Shown piece by piece: positions 31,500 through 42,518 of a stretch of DNA of 64,000 nucleotides. The stretch lies in NCBI GenBank assembly GCA_963822945.1, contig CAWGJO010000006.1, forward strand, positions 10,712 through 74,711, given 5' to 3'. The DNA is from an uncultured Gemmatimonadaceae bacterium. GTDB lineage: Bacteria > Gemmatimonadota > Gemmatimonadetes > Gemmatimonadales > Gemmatimonadaceae. Under the pieces are notes generated by a model. The model ran no database searches and was not told the DNA's origin. It saw nothing but the letters and a program-made list of their open reading frames with translations. Made by a program: the position numbers and the translations under genes. The first letter of the stretch is position 1. Each line of letters opens with the position of its first letter.

Positions 31500-31798
31500 G
31501 AGAACCAGTGCCACTTAAAGACTGCGCAGGGCCGATACTACGCAGGGCCGATACCACGCAGGGCCGAGACGGCGCAGGGCCGAAACGGCGGGGAAAGGGT
31601 GGGGCCTTCGGCCTACAACAGCGAATGTAGAGCAACGGCGAGAGAATGCGATGACGCTTCTCTCGCCGTTTTCAATTTCATCCGCCGTTTGCTTGCTTCA
31701 GCTTCCCCGCCGTATCGGCCCTGCGCTGTTCATGCCCTGCGTAGTCTCGGCTCTGCGTAGTCTCGGCCCTGCGTGGTTTCGGCCCTGCGCTGGTTCTC
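31500..31798. repeat. Composite palindromic element, copy 1: 4 x 16-bp unit, core, 5 x inverted 16-bp unit
   Basis: Unit approximately CTACGCAGGGCCGATA at 31522-31585 and reverse complement at 31713-31792; outer IR GAGAACCAG / CTGGTTCTC. Confidence 0.9.
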
Positions 31799-32012
31799 AG
31801 TTCGCTCCTTCCAGGAATGCTGTATACCCCTCATCCGCAATCGCTTCCTCGATCTGGTCGATCGTTGCGACTGCCGGATCGTGGTGAATCGTCGCCGACC
31901 CGATCTGCACGTCATCCACCGTAACCCCGGGCGTCTTCGCCAGCCGGCTGCTCACGGCGTGCACGCAGTGATTGCAGGTCATGCCTTCGATCTTGAATTT
32001 CACCTGTTCCAT
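31797..32012 (-). CDS. copZ: Copper chaperone / HMA domain protein
   Basis: MEQVKFKIEGMTCNHCV ... AIADEGY. Confidence 0.85.
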   Translation of the reverse strand: MEQVKFKIEGMTCNHCVHAVSSRLAKTPGVTVDDVQIGSATIHHDPAVATIDQIEEAIADEGYTAFLEGAN

Positions 32013-32084
32013 ATAGTGCTCCGGTAATGGCCTCGAAGAGAAGATAATCCCGGCGCCGGGCGGTGGACCAGCGTATGGTTCGCG

Positions 32085-32137
32085 CGACTGTCCGACTGTC
32101 CGACTGTCCGACTGTCCGACTGTCCGACTGTCCGACT
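32085..32137. repeat. Perfect 8-bp tandem array (CGACTGTC x6.6)
   Basis: Direct reading; lies between the DMT stop and copZ. Confidence 0.95.
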
Positions 32138-32139
32138 CC

Positions 32140-33040
32140 TTACTCCACCGTCCCCCTCCGCAACTGCAGCAGTACCACCGCGGTGGCAATCAGGACCCCG
32201 CCGCCGAGTGTTGCGGTCGTGAGCCGCTGGCCCAGCACCGAGGCGCCGAGCAGGGCCGTCCAGAAGGGCTCGACGGTGGAAATGATCGCCGTGCGCACCG
32301 GCCCCAGCACGCGCAGTCCGCGCAGGAAAGCGATGAAGGCGATGGCGGTGGACCAGAGGGCCAACGCGCCGATGGCCATCCACGCGTGGGGCGACAGCAC
32401 GACGGTGGCGTGGTTGGTGAACAGGTCGATGAGCACGAGCAACACGCCGGCCCCGAGTGCCGAATACACGGCGGCGATCGACTCCGACAACTGCACCTGG
32501 TAGTAGCCGATGAGCGGGATGTACATGGCGTAGGCGAACGCCGACACGAGCGCCAGCGCCACGCCCATGGGGTGAAGGATGCCGACGCTCGGCGTCCCGA
32601 CCATGATCGCGATGCCGGTGAGCGAGAGCACGAGCGCGAGCATACGCGTGGGCGTCATGCGCTCGGTGCCGCGCACGGCAGCGATCACCGCCACCCAGGC
32701 CGGATACGTATAGAAGAGGAAGCTGAGCGGTGCCGCGGGGATGTAGTCGAGCGCCGACAGGCTCACGAAGGCGATGAATGCCTGCGCGCCGCCGGCGAAC
32801 AGGAGCACGGGCAGCAGCCGGCGCAGGGGCGCCCGCAGCGACTTCACGCTGCCGGCCAGGAGCGCCAGCATGACGGTGCCCAGCAGATAGCGCCACGACA
32901 GCGCGTTGAGCAGCGAGGCGCCCGACCGCTCGGCGAGCGACGTGAGAATCGGGATCGCGCCGAAGCCCGTGGCGCTGATCACGATCAGTCCGGTGGCGCG
33001 CCAGCCTGGCGCCCCGCGTCGTCGCGGCGGCTTCGGTCAT
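32140..33040 (-). CDS. DMT/EamA family transporter; frameshift ~33000
   Basis: About 10 TM helices; LFYTYPAWV and STVEPFWTALLG. Confidence 0.88.
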
Positions 33041-33086
33041 CACTGTTCGGGGCGGGGGCTTGGGGATCGGCGCGAGTTCACCGCAC

Positions 33087-34507
33087 TCAGAGGAGCGTGC
33101 CAGTGAGAAACAGCTTTGGCGACGGTGAAGTAGATGATCAGGCCCGTGACGTCCACGAGCGTCGCCACGAAGGGGGCCGAGGCACTCGCCGGATCGAATC
33201 CCAGGCTCTTTCATGACGAACGGCAGCATCGAGCCGGCCAGCGATCCGAAGGTCACGATGCCGATGAGCGACACGCCCACGGTGAACGCCACCAGGTCGT
33301 GATGCAGGTCGTAGTTGGTGAGCCCGATGTGCTGCCAGACCAGAATACGGGTGATACCCAGCACGCAGAGAATGGAACCCAGCATCAGACCGGTGGGGAT
33401 CTCCCGAAGCGCGATGCGCCACCAATCTCGTAACCTGATCTCACCCAGGGCCAACGCGCGGATGATCAATGATGTGGCCTGTGACCCGGAGTTGCCGCCC
33501 GAACTCATGACCAGCGGGATGAACGCCGTGAGCACGAGTGCCTTGGCCAGTTCGTCCTAGTAATGGTTCATCGCACTGGCGGTCAGCATTTCGCTCAGGA
33601 ACAGCGCGCTCAACCACCCGCCGCGCTTCCGCACCATGCGCCAGAAGCCGATCTGCATGTACGGCTCTTCCAGTGCTTCCATACCGCCGAACTTCTGGAC
33701 GTCTTCCGTCTGCTCTTCCTCGATCGCGTCGATCACGTCGTCCACCGTGACCACGCCGAGAATGCGATTGTTCTCGTCCACCACCGGGACGGCCACGAGG
33801 TCGTAGTTCGAGATGGCGCGCGATACCTCTTCGCGGTCGCTCTGCGCCGGCACCGTCACCACCTCGGTCCACGCGAAGTCACCCACCTTCCCGCCCTCTG
33901 GCGCGGCGAGCAGCTCGCGCAGCGACAGCACGCCGCTCAGCCGGCCGGCATCGTCGGTGACGTAGATCTGGTACATCGCCTCGCGGCGCCCGCTGCGCGC
34001 GATGCTTCGCACGCTCGCCAGCGCGGCCTCGATGGTCATCGACGCGGGCACCGAGACGAACTCGGTGGTCATCAGACCGCCGGCCGTGTCGGGCTCGTAC
34101 GCCAGCAGCCGTTCGGTCTCGCGCCGGGCCTCGGCGGGGATCGCGGCGAGGATCTCCTCGGCGCGCTCCTCCTCGATCTCCTCCAGGGTGTCGGCGCGAT
34201 CGTCCGGGGTCATCTCCGAGACGAGGGCGGCGGCCTGGCGCGCGGACATCGCTTCGAGCACCTCGGCGCGGAGTTCCTCGTCGAGGTATTCGAGCACGTC
34301 GGCGGCGCGCTGCGGCGGCAGCGCGGCAAGAAGGGCGGGAACCTTCTCCCGCGGCAGCAGCTCGGCGACGTCGGCCAGATCGGCGGCGTGCAACTCCTCG
34401 GTCTCGGCCGCGACGGCGGTGGGCGAGTCGTCGAGGAGCGCGAGGATGTCGGGCGCGAGCAGTGCCGCGACCGGCCGGTCTTCCGGAGTGTGCTGAGGTG
34501 GCGTCAT
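33087..34507 (-). CDS. mgtE: Magnesium transporter MgtE; in-frame TAG at 33557-33559 plus frameshifts ~33205 and ~33115
   Basis: [13 protein letters not shown] pair, [23 protein letters not shown] and [18 protein letters not shown]. Confidence 0.93.
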
Positions 34508-34788
34508 TTCCCGGCCTCCCTGGAACGCGCAGGGCGTCTTTTCGGCGACGAACGTGGGCAGGGACCGTTCGCCCCCCGCTCAGGTCCCTCCGTAACAGCG
34601 CGCGTCAAGTTAGGCCCGCCCGCACAGGGGGACAAGGCACGAGGTCATATGCGTTCGGAGCACCCGTGCATATCCGCGCGGCGGTCCGCGCATGCCAACC
34701 CTTCGCCGGGATGTGCTGTCCAACGACGTGCAACCGCGAATCGGCCCCTCACCCCGACCTTCCCCCAGTCCCGCACCTCGTTTCGTTC

Positions 34789-37352
34789 ATGAATCGTCTT
34801 GCACTCGTTACGGCCCTGTTGGTCCCGGTCCTCCTGCCGGCCCAGCGGCCGGTGCTCGCGCAATGCGTCCTCCGACCGGCCATTGGTCGCCGACGCGTCG
34901 GCGCCCACGGCGTTTCCGGCCCCGGTGGCCACGCCCCCCGTGCTCGACGGGCGCGACGACGATCCCGCGTGGAAGAACGCCCGCCTCATCACCGCGTTCC
35001 GGGAGTTCGACCCGACCCCCAACGGCGACCCCCGTTTCCGGACCACCGCCCGCATCGCCTACGACGCGCACGATCTGTACTTCTTCGTGCGGGCCTACGA
35101 TCCGCACCCCGACAGCATCGTCGCCCTGCTCAGTCGCCGGGACGTGAAGACGGCCTCCGACCAGATCAAGGTGATGATCGATTCGTACCACGATCTCCGC
35201 ACCGGCTACGAATTCGCGGTCAATCCGGCCGGCGTGAAGCGCGACTACTACACGTACAACGACGGCGACGAGGACGAGTCCTGGGACGGCGTCTGGGACG
35301 TCGCCACCCGCATCGACTCGCTGGGCTGGACCGCGGAGTTCCGGATCCCGCTGAGCCAGCTCCGGTATCCGTCGGAGCACGAGAACACCTTCGGCATCAT
35401 GATCGACCGGGACGTGGCGCGGTTCAGCGAGCGGTACAGCTGGCCGCTGTACAGCCGTTCGCGCACGGGGATCGCCTCGCAATTCGCGGCGGTTCCGGGG
35501 TTCACCGGCCTGGCCTCGCCCCATCGCCTCGAAGTGTCGCCCTATACCGTGACGAAGACGGAGAACGCGCTCGGTCGGGAACGGCTACGCGCAACGCACC
35601 TCGGCCACCGCCGGTGCCGACATCAAGTACGGCTTGACGTCGAACCTCACCGTGGACGCGACCGTGAATCCCGACTTCGGGCAGGTGGAAGCCGACCCGT
35701 CGGTGCTGAACCTCAGCGCCTTCGAGACCTTCTTTCCCGAGAAGCGCCCCTTCTTCCTGGAAGGCCAGGGACTGTTCCGCTTCGACGTCAACTGCAACAA
35801 CGGCGTGTGCTCCGGCCTGTTCTACTCGCGCCGCATCGGCCGCTCGCCGCAGCTCGGAGGCGTGTACACCGGTGACGGGAATCCGGAACAGACCACGATC
35901 CTCGGAGCCGGCAAGCTCACCGGGCGGCTGGCCAGCGGCGCCTCGATCGGCGTGCTCGATGCGGTGACCAGCCGGGAGCAGGGGCCGGGCCATGCGACCA
36001 TCGAGCCCCGGACCAACTACTTCGTGGGCCGGCTGCAGCAGGACTTCCGCGACGGCGCCAGCGGGATCGGCGTCATGGTGACCAGCGTGCGCCGCACCCT
36101 GGACCAGTACAGCGCGCCCTACCTGCGCAACGACGCGATGGCGGGCGGCATCGACTTCCGCAACCAGTTCCTGAACCGCCGCTACAGCGTCTCCGGCTAC
36201 GTCGCGGCCAGCCGGGTGGCCGGGTCGGCGCAGGCCATCGCCGCCACCCAGCAGAGCTTCGTGCACGACTACCAGCGGCCCGACGACAACCTGGCGTACG
36301 ACAGTACCCGCACGTCGCTGGGCGGCACGTCGGCGCAGCTCAACTTCAACAAGCTCGGCGGTGGGTTCACCCGATTCTCCGTCGGGTACCAGTGGCTGTC
36401 CCCCGGATTCGAGATCAACGACGTCGGATTTCTGAGCCACGCGAACGCGCAGAACCAGTATCTCTGGTACCAGTTCGCGTTCAACAACCCGACGCGCGTG
36501 TACCGCAACCTCCGCATCAACATCAACGAATGGACCAACTTCTCGGCCCAGGGGATGCGCGAGGACGCGGGCGGCAACATCAACTGGAACAGCACGCTGC
36601 AGAACAACTGGTCCATCGGGATGGGGGCGAATGTGGACGCCGCGGTCCCGTCGCTGTGCGCCACCTGCTCGCGCGGCGGCCCGGCGCTGGCTCAGTCACG
36701 CAGCTATTCGGGGTGGGCCAACGTCAGCGGCGACAGCCGGCGCTCCATCGTCCCGGCGCTGAGCGCCGGTTGGGACCGCAGTGACGAGGGACGCTCCTCG
36801 TACGCCGAAGTCGGCCCGAGCGTCAGTCTCCGGGTGTCGAGCCGGTTCAGCGCCGACATCGGAGCGGACTGGAGCCACAACGTCAGCGCCGCGCAATGGT
36901 ACGGCAACTACGGTGCGATGGGCAGCGACACCACGCACTACACCTTTGCGCGGCTCGACCAGCACACGCTGTCGATGACCACGCGCCTCAACTTCACCGC
37001 CACGCCGAACCTCTCGCTGCAGGTGTACGCCCAGCCGTTCGTCACCAGCGGCAGTTACTCCGACTGGGTGGAGTTGAACGACCCTCGTGCGGCCCAATTC
37101 GCCGACCGATACAAGCCGTACAGCAACCCTGCCGGCCTCTCGGGCTTCAACTACAAACAACTGCGGTCCAACACCGTGGTGCGGTGGGAGTACCGTCCGG
37201 GCTCGGTGCTGTACTTCGTCTGGTCGCAGCAGCGGCAGCAGGACGGACTCGATCCGGGGACCTTCCAGTTCGGCCGCGACTACCGGAACCTGTTCCGGGC
37301 ACATCCCGGAAATACGTTCCTGATCAAGGGGTCGTACTGGTTGAACTTCTGA
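34789..37352 (+). CDS. CBM9-like + DUF5916 domain outer-membrane protein; frameshifts ~34850 and ~35575
   Basis: PVLDGRDDDPAW, GWTAEFRIP, DATVNPDFGQVEAD, ETFFPEKRPFFLEG, VRWEYRPGS and C-terminal YWLNF. Confidence 0.88.
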
Positions 37353-37356
37353 ACAT

Positions 37357-37437
37357 CGGTAGGTCGGTGAGTGGGTAGGTCGGTAGGTCGGGCAACTACG
37401 AACGCGGTGCTACCGACCTACCGACCTACCCACCTAC
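37357..37437. repeat. Inverted pair of 8-bp (GGTAGGTC) tandem arrays between convergent genes
   Basis: About 4 x GGTAGGTC-like units, spacer, then about 3 x GACCTACC. Confidence 0.85.
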
Positions 37438-37441
37438 TGGT

Positions 37442-37666
37442 TCAAACCAGCCGCCTCCGCTCCTCCACCACCTCCGCCACGTCGTAGCCGGCCACCGCGA
37501 CCGCCGCCCTCAGCGCCTCCGCCGTCGCCCGCCCGTCGTGCTCGATCACCGCCGCGCCGATGGTCACCTCGGCGTGCGCAATGCCCTGTACCGCGGTGAG
37601 CGCGGTGAACACCGCCGTGACGCAGTAGTTGCTGCGCATCCCCGGAATCGACAGGCGGGTGTACAT
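37442..37666 (-). CDS. HMA-like small protein with a degenerate metal motif
   Basis: LSIPGMRSNYCV..AL..VQGI..AVAVAGY. Confidence 0.7.
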   Translation of the reverse strand: MYTRLSIPGMRSNYCVTAVFTALTAVQGIAHAEVTIGAAVIEHDGRATAEALRAAVAVAGYDVAEVVEERRRLV

Positions 37667-37747
37667 GCCCCCCAAGTTAGCATTGGCTCTGTCCGTTGAC
37701 GCGTCCCGTCGCGTCCGCGAACTTCCGGACGCCCTCACCCAACGCCA

Positions 37748-38638
37748 ATGACCTCTGTCGCATTTCTCGGACTCGGCGCTATCGGCCGGCCCATGGCCCA
37801 GCGCGTGGCCGCCGCCGGCTTCGATCTCACGGTCTGGAACCGCACCGCCGAGCGGTCGCGCGAATTCGCCGCCGCCACCAAGGCGCGCGCCGCCGCCACG
37901 CCCGCCGACGCCGTACGCGGCGCGCAGGTCGTCGTCGCCTGCCTCTCCACCTCGCAGAACGTCGCGTCCCTGCTCGACGGGCCCGACGGCATCCTCGCCG
38001 GCATTCAGAAGGGCGCGCTGTTCGTGGACTGCACGTCGGGCGACCCCAGCACGTCGGCGCGCATCGCCGAACGCCTGGCCGAGCACGACGTGGCCTTCAT
38101 CGACGCACCGGTGAGCGGAGGCACGAGCGGCGCCGAGAAGGGCATTCTCACCGTGATGGTGGGTGGCGACGCCAAGGCGCTGGAGCGCGCGCGGCCGGTG
38201 CTCGAGTCGTTCGGCAAGAAGATCGTGCACTGCGGCGCCGTGGGCGCCGGCGACGCCGTGAAGGCCATGAACAACGCCATGCTGGCCATTCACGTGTGGT
38301 CCACCGGCGAGTGCATGGCCGCGCTCGCGCGGGCCGGCGTGAGTCCGCGGGTGGCGCTCGATGTGGTCAACGCATCGAGCGGCCGGTCGAACACTTCGGA
38401 GAACCTGTTCCCCGAACGCGTGCTCACCCGCGCCTTCCCGCGCACCTTCCGGCTGGCCCTGCTCGACAAGGACATCGGCATCGCGGCGCAGGTGGCGCGC
38501 GAGCAGAAGATCCCGTCACCCATTCTCCAGCTCGCCGCCGAACTGTTCCGCATGGCGCACGCAGAACTCGGCGAGGAAGCCGATCACGTGGAAGCGGTGC
38601 AGATGATCGAACGACTCGGCGGCACCGAGATCAAGTAA
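37748..38638 (+). CDS. 3-hydroxyisobutyrate/6PGD-family NAD(P)-dependent dehydrogenase
   Basis: FLGLGAIG, IDAPVSGG, VKAMNN and LLDKDI. Confidence 0.92.
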   Translation: MTSVAFLGLGAIGRPMAQRVAAAGFDLTVWNRTAERSREFAAATKARAAATPADAVRGAQVVVACLSTSQNVASLLDGPDGILAGIQKGALFVDCTSGDPSTSARIAERLAEHDVAFIDAPVSGGTSGAEKGILTVMVGGDAKALERARPVLESFGKKIVHCGAVGAGDAVKAMNNAMLAIHVWSTGECMAALARAGVSPRVALDVVNASSGRSNTSENLFPERVLTRAFPRTFRLALLDKDIGIAAQVAREQKIPSPILQLAAELFRMAHAELGEEADHVEAVQMIERLGGTEIK

Positions 38639-38651
38639 CCCGACAATCCTG

Positions 38652-39898
38652 ATGCCCAAGACGACCGAACAGCCGACCGCGGCGAGCGTGGACACCATCC
38701 GCTCGCACTTTCCCGCCCTGCGCCGCACCCACAATGGCCACCCGGTGGCGTACTTCGACGGGCCGGGCGGCACGCAGGTGCCGCAGGTGGTGGTGGACGC
38801 GATGGCCGACTATCTGCTCCACCACAACGCCAACACGCACTGGGCCTACCCGACGAGCGAGGAGACCGACGCCATGCTGGCGTCGGCGCGCGCGACGCTG
38901 GCCGACTTCCTGAACGGGAACGCCGACGAGATCGCGTTCGGCCAGAACATGACCTCGCTCACCTTCCATCTGGCGCGCGGACTGGGCCGCGCGTGGGGGC
39001 CGGGCGACGAGATCGTGATCACCGAACTCGACCATCACGCCAACGTGGCGCCCTGGCAGGCGCTGGCCGTGGACCGCGGGGTCACCATCCGCACGGCGCG
39101 GATGCGCCCGGAGGACGGCACGCTCGACTGGGACGACCTCGAGCGCCAGGTCAACAAGAAGACCAGGCTCGTAGCCATCGGCGCGGCGTCCAACGCGCTG
39201 GGGACGATCAGCGACGTGCGGGCCGCGTCGGAGCTGGCCCACGCGCAACGGCGCGCTGTCGTTCGTGGACGCCGTGCACTACGCCCCGCACCAGCTGGTG
39301 GACGTGCAGGCCATCGGCTGCGATTTCCTGGCCTGCTCGGCGTACAAGTTCTACGGACCGCACATCGGCATTCTCTGGGGGCGCCGCGCGCTCATCGAGG
39401 CGACGGACGTGCCGCGCCTGGCGCCGGCGCCGCAGGAGTCGCCCGAGCGGCTGGAAACGGGGACGCAGAATCACGAGGCCATCGTGGGCGCGGCGGCGGC
39501 GGTGGACTTCCTGGCCGGCCTCGCACCCCGCGGAACGCCCGGCGGCCGGCGCGGCGCGCTCGCGGCGGCGTACGGCGAACTGCACCGTCGGGGGATGGCG
39601 CTGCTGGAACAGCTCTGGACGGGGCTCGAGGCGACACCGGGCGTGACGCTGTTCGGACCGCGCCCCGGGCAGCCGCGCACGCCGACGCTGTCGTTCATCA
39701 AGCAGGGAGAGGAGACGACGGCGATTGCGCGTCGACTGGCCACCGCGGGGCTGTTCGTGTCGAACGGCGATTACTACGCGACCACGGTGATGGAGCGATT
39801 GGGACAGATAGCCGGACGGAACGGTCAGAATCGGGATGAGCTGTTATTCGAGCGCGGAGGAAGTGGAGCGGATGAACACCGCGATAGGGCGGAACTGA
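38652..39898 (+). CDS. Cysteine desulfurase-like PLP enzyme (class V aminotransferase); frameshifts ~39250 and ~39815
   Basis: YFDGPGGTQVP, LDHHANV, VDAVHYAPH, CSAYKFYGPH and ETGTQNHE. Confidence 0.92.
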
Positions 39899-39902
39899 GT
39901 AA

Positions 39903-40290
39903 CTACGCAGGGCCGGTACTACGCAGGGCCGATACGACGCAGGGCCGAAACCACGCAGGGCCGATACGACGCAACGGCGATACTACGCCAGGGCGATACG
40001 ACGCAGTACCGATACAGCGCAGGGCCGAAACTACGCAGGGCCGGTGCCACGCAGGGCCGAAGCCACGGGGAAGGGGTAGGGGCCTGCGGCCCTGACAACT
40101 GCGAGTTGGATTCGCCCCGTCCCAGGGCGCCGCCGCCGGTCGGGTGCGACGTTCCATCCCACGCCGTTTCACCACCCACCCGCCGTTTTCACCCTTCCGA
40201 ATCCCCGCCGTACCGGCCCTGCGTTGTTTCGGTCCTGCGCTGGATGTGCCCTGCGTCGTATCGGCCCTGCGCCGTATCTCGGTCCCGCTG
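39903..40290. repeat. Composite palindromic element, copy 2: 10 x 16-bp unit, core, 4-5 x inverted unit
   Basis: Units at 39903-40062; reverse-complement units at 40211-40290; core motifs shared with copy 1. Confidence 0.9.
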
Positions 40291-40302
40291 TATCTTGGTT
40301 GA

Positions 40303-41521
40303 ATGCTTCGCCGCCTCCTCCTCCCAGCCCTGCTCCTCGCCGGCTGTACCGTCCACTCTCCCGCCGTCACTCCGCCGCGGGCCGAGTTCCTGCTCGTTTC
40401 CGGCGACTCCACGTACTGGGTCACCAGCGGCGACGACGGACTCTCCGTGCGTGGTTCGCCGATTGTGCTGGCGGAGTACGGCGGCCGGTTCCACGAGCTG
40501 TACGTGGCCGACGATGACCACTCGTACTACAACGCACTGCTCGTGGGCCAGCTCGTGTTCTCCCGCGACCTCATCACGGGCGATTCCACCGCCGTGTTCA
40601 CCGATACGCTGGTGGATCGCGTCACCCGGGACTACGAACGGTCGCACCCGGACGACGTGCCGCTCGGCCCCGACGATCCGGTGGCCGACCGCCCGCGCTT
40701 GGTGGCCACGTCGGACGTCTCGCTGCTGGCGGTGCACGGGCCCTTCCTGTCTCTCGAGTACCACGCCGACACGCGCACCCGGCCGAACCCCGGATACCAC
40801 GCCACCTGGCGCACCGTGGTCGACATGCGGGTGGGCCATCCCGTGGGCGTCGCCGATCTCGTCGGCATCCGAGCAGGCGCCGCGGATGATCGCCGAGGGG
40901 CGGCGGTCGTATCAGACCGTGATCGATGCCGCGCGCAACGGGGAGCACGCATTGGGCGACGTCGTGTCGCTCGTGCTGTCGGAGGTGAGCTTCGACGATC
41001 GGAGCTTTCGGTTGACCGACGTCCACGGGCATCCGGCGATCGTCTTCGCCGGACGCATCGCCGGCCGGCGCGACGGGCAGGGCGCGCTCCCGCTGCTCCC
41101 CATTCCCATCGATTCCGAATCGTGGTGGGGCACCGTCCGTCCGACCCTTCCCACCAGCCGCGACAGCAGCCAGGCACGGTGGGCCCGGCCGGGCTACAGT
41201 GTGGTTGCGCGCATCGATACGGCCGACAGCGTGGCCGACGTGACGCTGGTCGATTCCCTGTCGCATCGCAGCTTCAGTGTGGCGCAGGTCCACACGCCGC
41301 TCCGGCGCGTGTACTGGCTCGACGAGCCGCCCATCGATTCGACCACGCGGCGGGCGCTGAAACGCGCGTTCAACGACGCGGCCCTGTACGACGACAACGT
41401 CCGCGTGGCCGCGCACCGTCCGCCGCCCGGTCCGACGCTGCTGCACCCGGCCGTCCTCACCCGGTCCAACCCTCGACCAGCCGCTCGGCGCGATGAACGC
41501 CGGCGCCCCGTACAGCCATGA
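40303..41521 (+). CDS. Hypothetical lipoprotein; frameshift ~40870
   Basis: MLRRLLLPALLLAGC lipobox; the coding-like frame continues in ORF 40106-41521. Confidence 0.7.
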
Positions 41522-42024
41522 GCCCATCCGCGCGCGCCACGAAGACCGTCAAGGAGAGCCAACACGAGTCGTCGCAGCTCATGATGCCCGGCGACGCGAA
41601 CAACCTGGGCCACGTCTTCGGCGGCGTGGTGCTCTCGATGATGGACAAGACGGCGGCCATTGCCGCGCTGCGCCACTGCCGCAACTCCGTCGTCACCGCG
41701 TCCATCGACCGCGTGGACTTCCGCGAGCCCATCCACCTGGGCGACCTGCTGGTCATGAAGGCCAGCGTCAACTACGTGGGGCGCACCTCCATGGAGGTGG
41801 GCGTGCGGGTAGAGGCCGAGGACCTGCTCACCGGCCTGCGGCGGCACACCAATTCCTGCTACCTCACCTTCGTGGCCGTGGACCGCAATGGGCGCCCGGT
41901 GGGCGTCCCGGCGCTCAAGCCGGAGAGTCCCATAGAGTTACGCCGGTACGAGGCCGCCGAGGCCCGCCGCCGCCGGCGGCTGGAGGAACGTGAGGCGGAG
42001 CGGCGACAGGAGGAAGAGGCCTGA
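41518..42024 (+). CDS. Acyl-CoA thioesterase (hotdog fold)
   Basis: DANNLGHVFGG, VTASID, VGRTSMEV and TFVAVD. Confidence 0.93.
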   Translation: MSPSARATKTVKESQHESSQLMMPGDANNLGHVFGGVVLSMMDKTAAIAALRHCRNSVVTASIDRVDFREPIHLGDLLVMKASVNYVGRTSMEVGVRVEAEDLLTGLRRHTNSCYLTFVAVDRNGRPVGVPALKPESPIELRRYEAAEARRRRRLEEREAERRQEEEA

Positions 42025-42074
42025 CGCCCGCCGGTGCATTGTTCGGGGTGCGCGCTTCTGGGTATACTCCAGAC

Positions 42075-42477
42075 ATGAAGCTATTCACCGTCGATCAGGC
42101 AAACGCGACGCTGCCGCTCGTGCGGAAGATCGTCGCTGACGTGGTGCGCGAGCACGCCGTATGGCGCGAGAAGATTCTCGAACTCGACCTCGCGGCCTCC
42201 GAACGCGCACGCCGAGAGCGAGCGTGCCAACACCGAGCGGTTGGAGCGCGAGGTTCAGGCGCGGGCCCGCGAGATCTCGGGCTTCCAGCGCGAACTCGGC
42301 GCCCTCGGCATCGAGATGAAGGATCCGCGGCTTGGACTCGTGGACTTCCCCAGCGAGATCAACGGCCGCCGGATCCTGCTCTGCTGGCGCCTGGGCGAGC
42401 CCGAGATCCAGTTCTGGCACGAGGTGGACGGCGGGTACGCCGGCCGCCAACCGCTGGAGCCCTCGCTGGTCGGCTGA
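42075..42477 (+). CDS. DUF2203 domain protein; frameshift ~42205
   Basis: FTVDQANATLP; KDPRLGLVDFP..LCWRLGEPEIQFWH..GYAGR. Confidence 0.88.
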
Positions 42478-42518
42478 CCTCCCGCTCTCGACCTTCCTCA
42501 CTCTCCCGAACCCCACCC

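Noticed and set aside
33557..33559. Pyrrolysine or stop-codon reassignment
   Set aside because: There are no pyl genes, TAG terminates many genes here, and the assembly is error-rich.
39903..40062. CRISPR array
   Set aside because: The 16-bp units are directly adjacent with no unique spacers, and there are no cas genes in the window.
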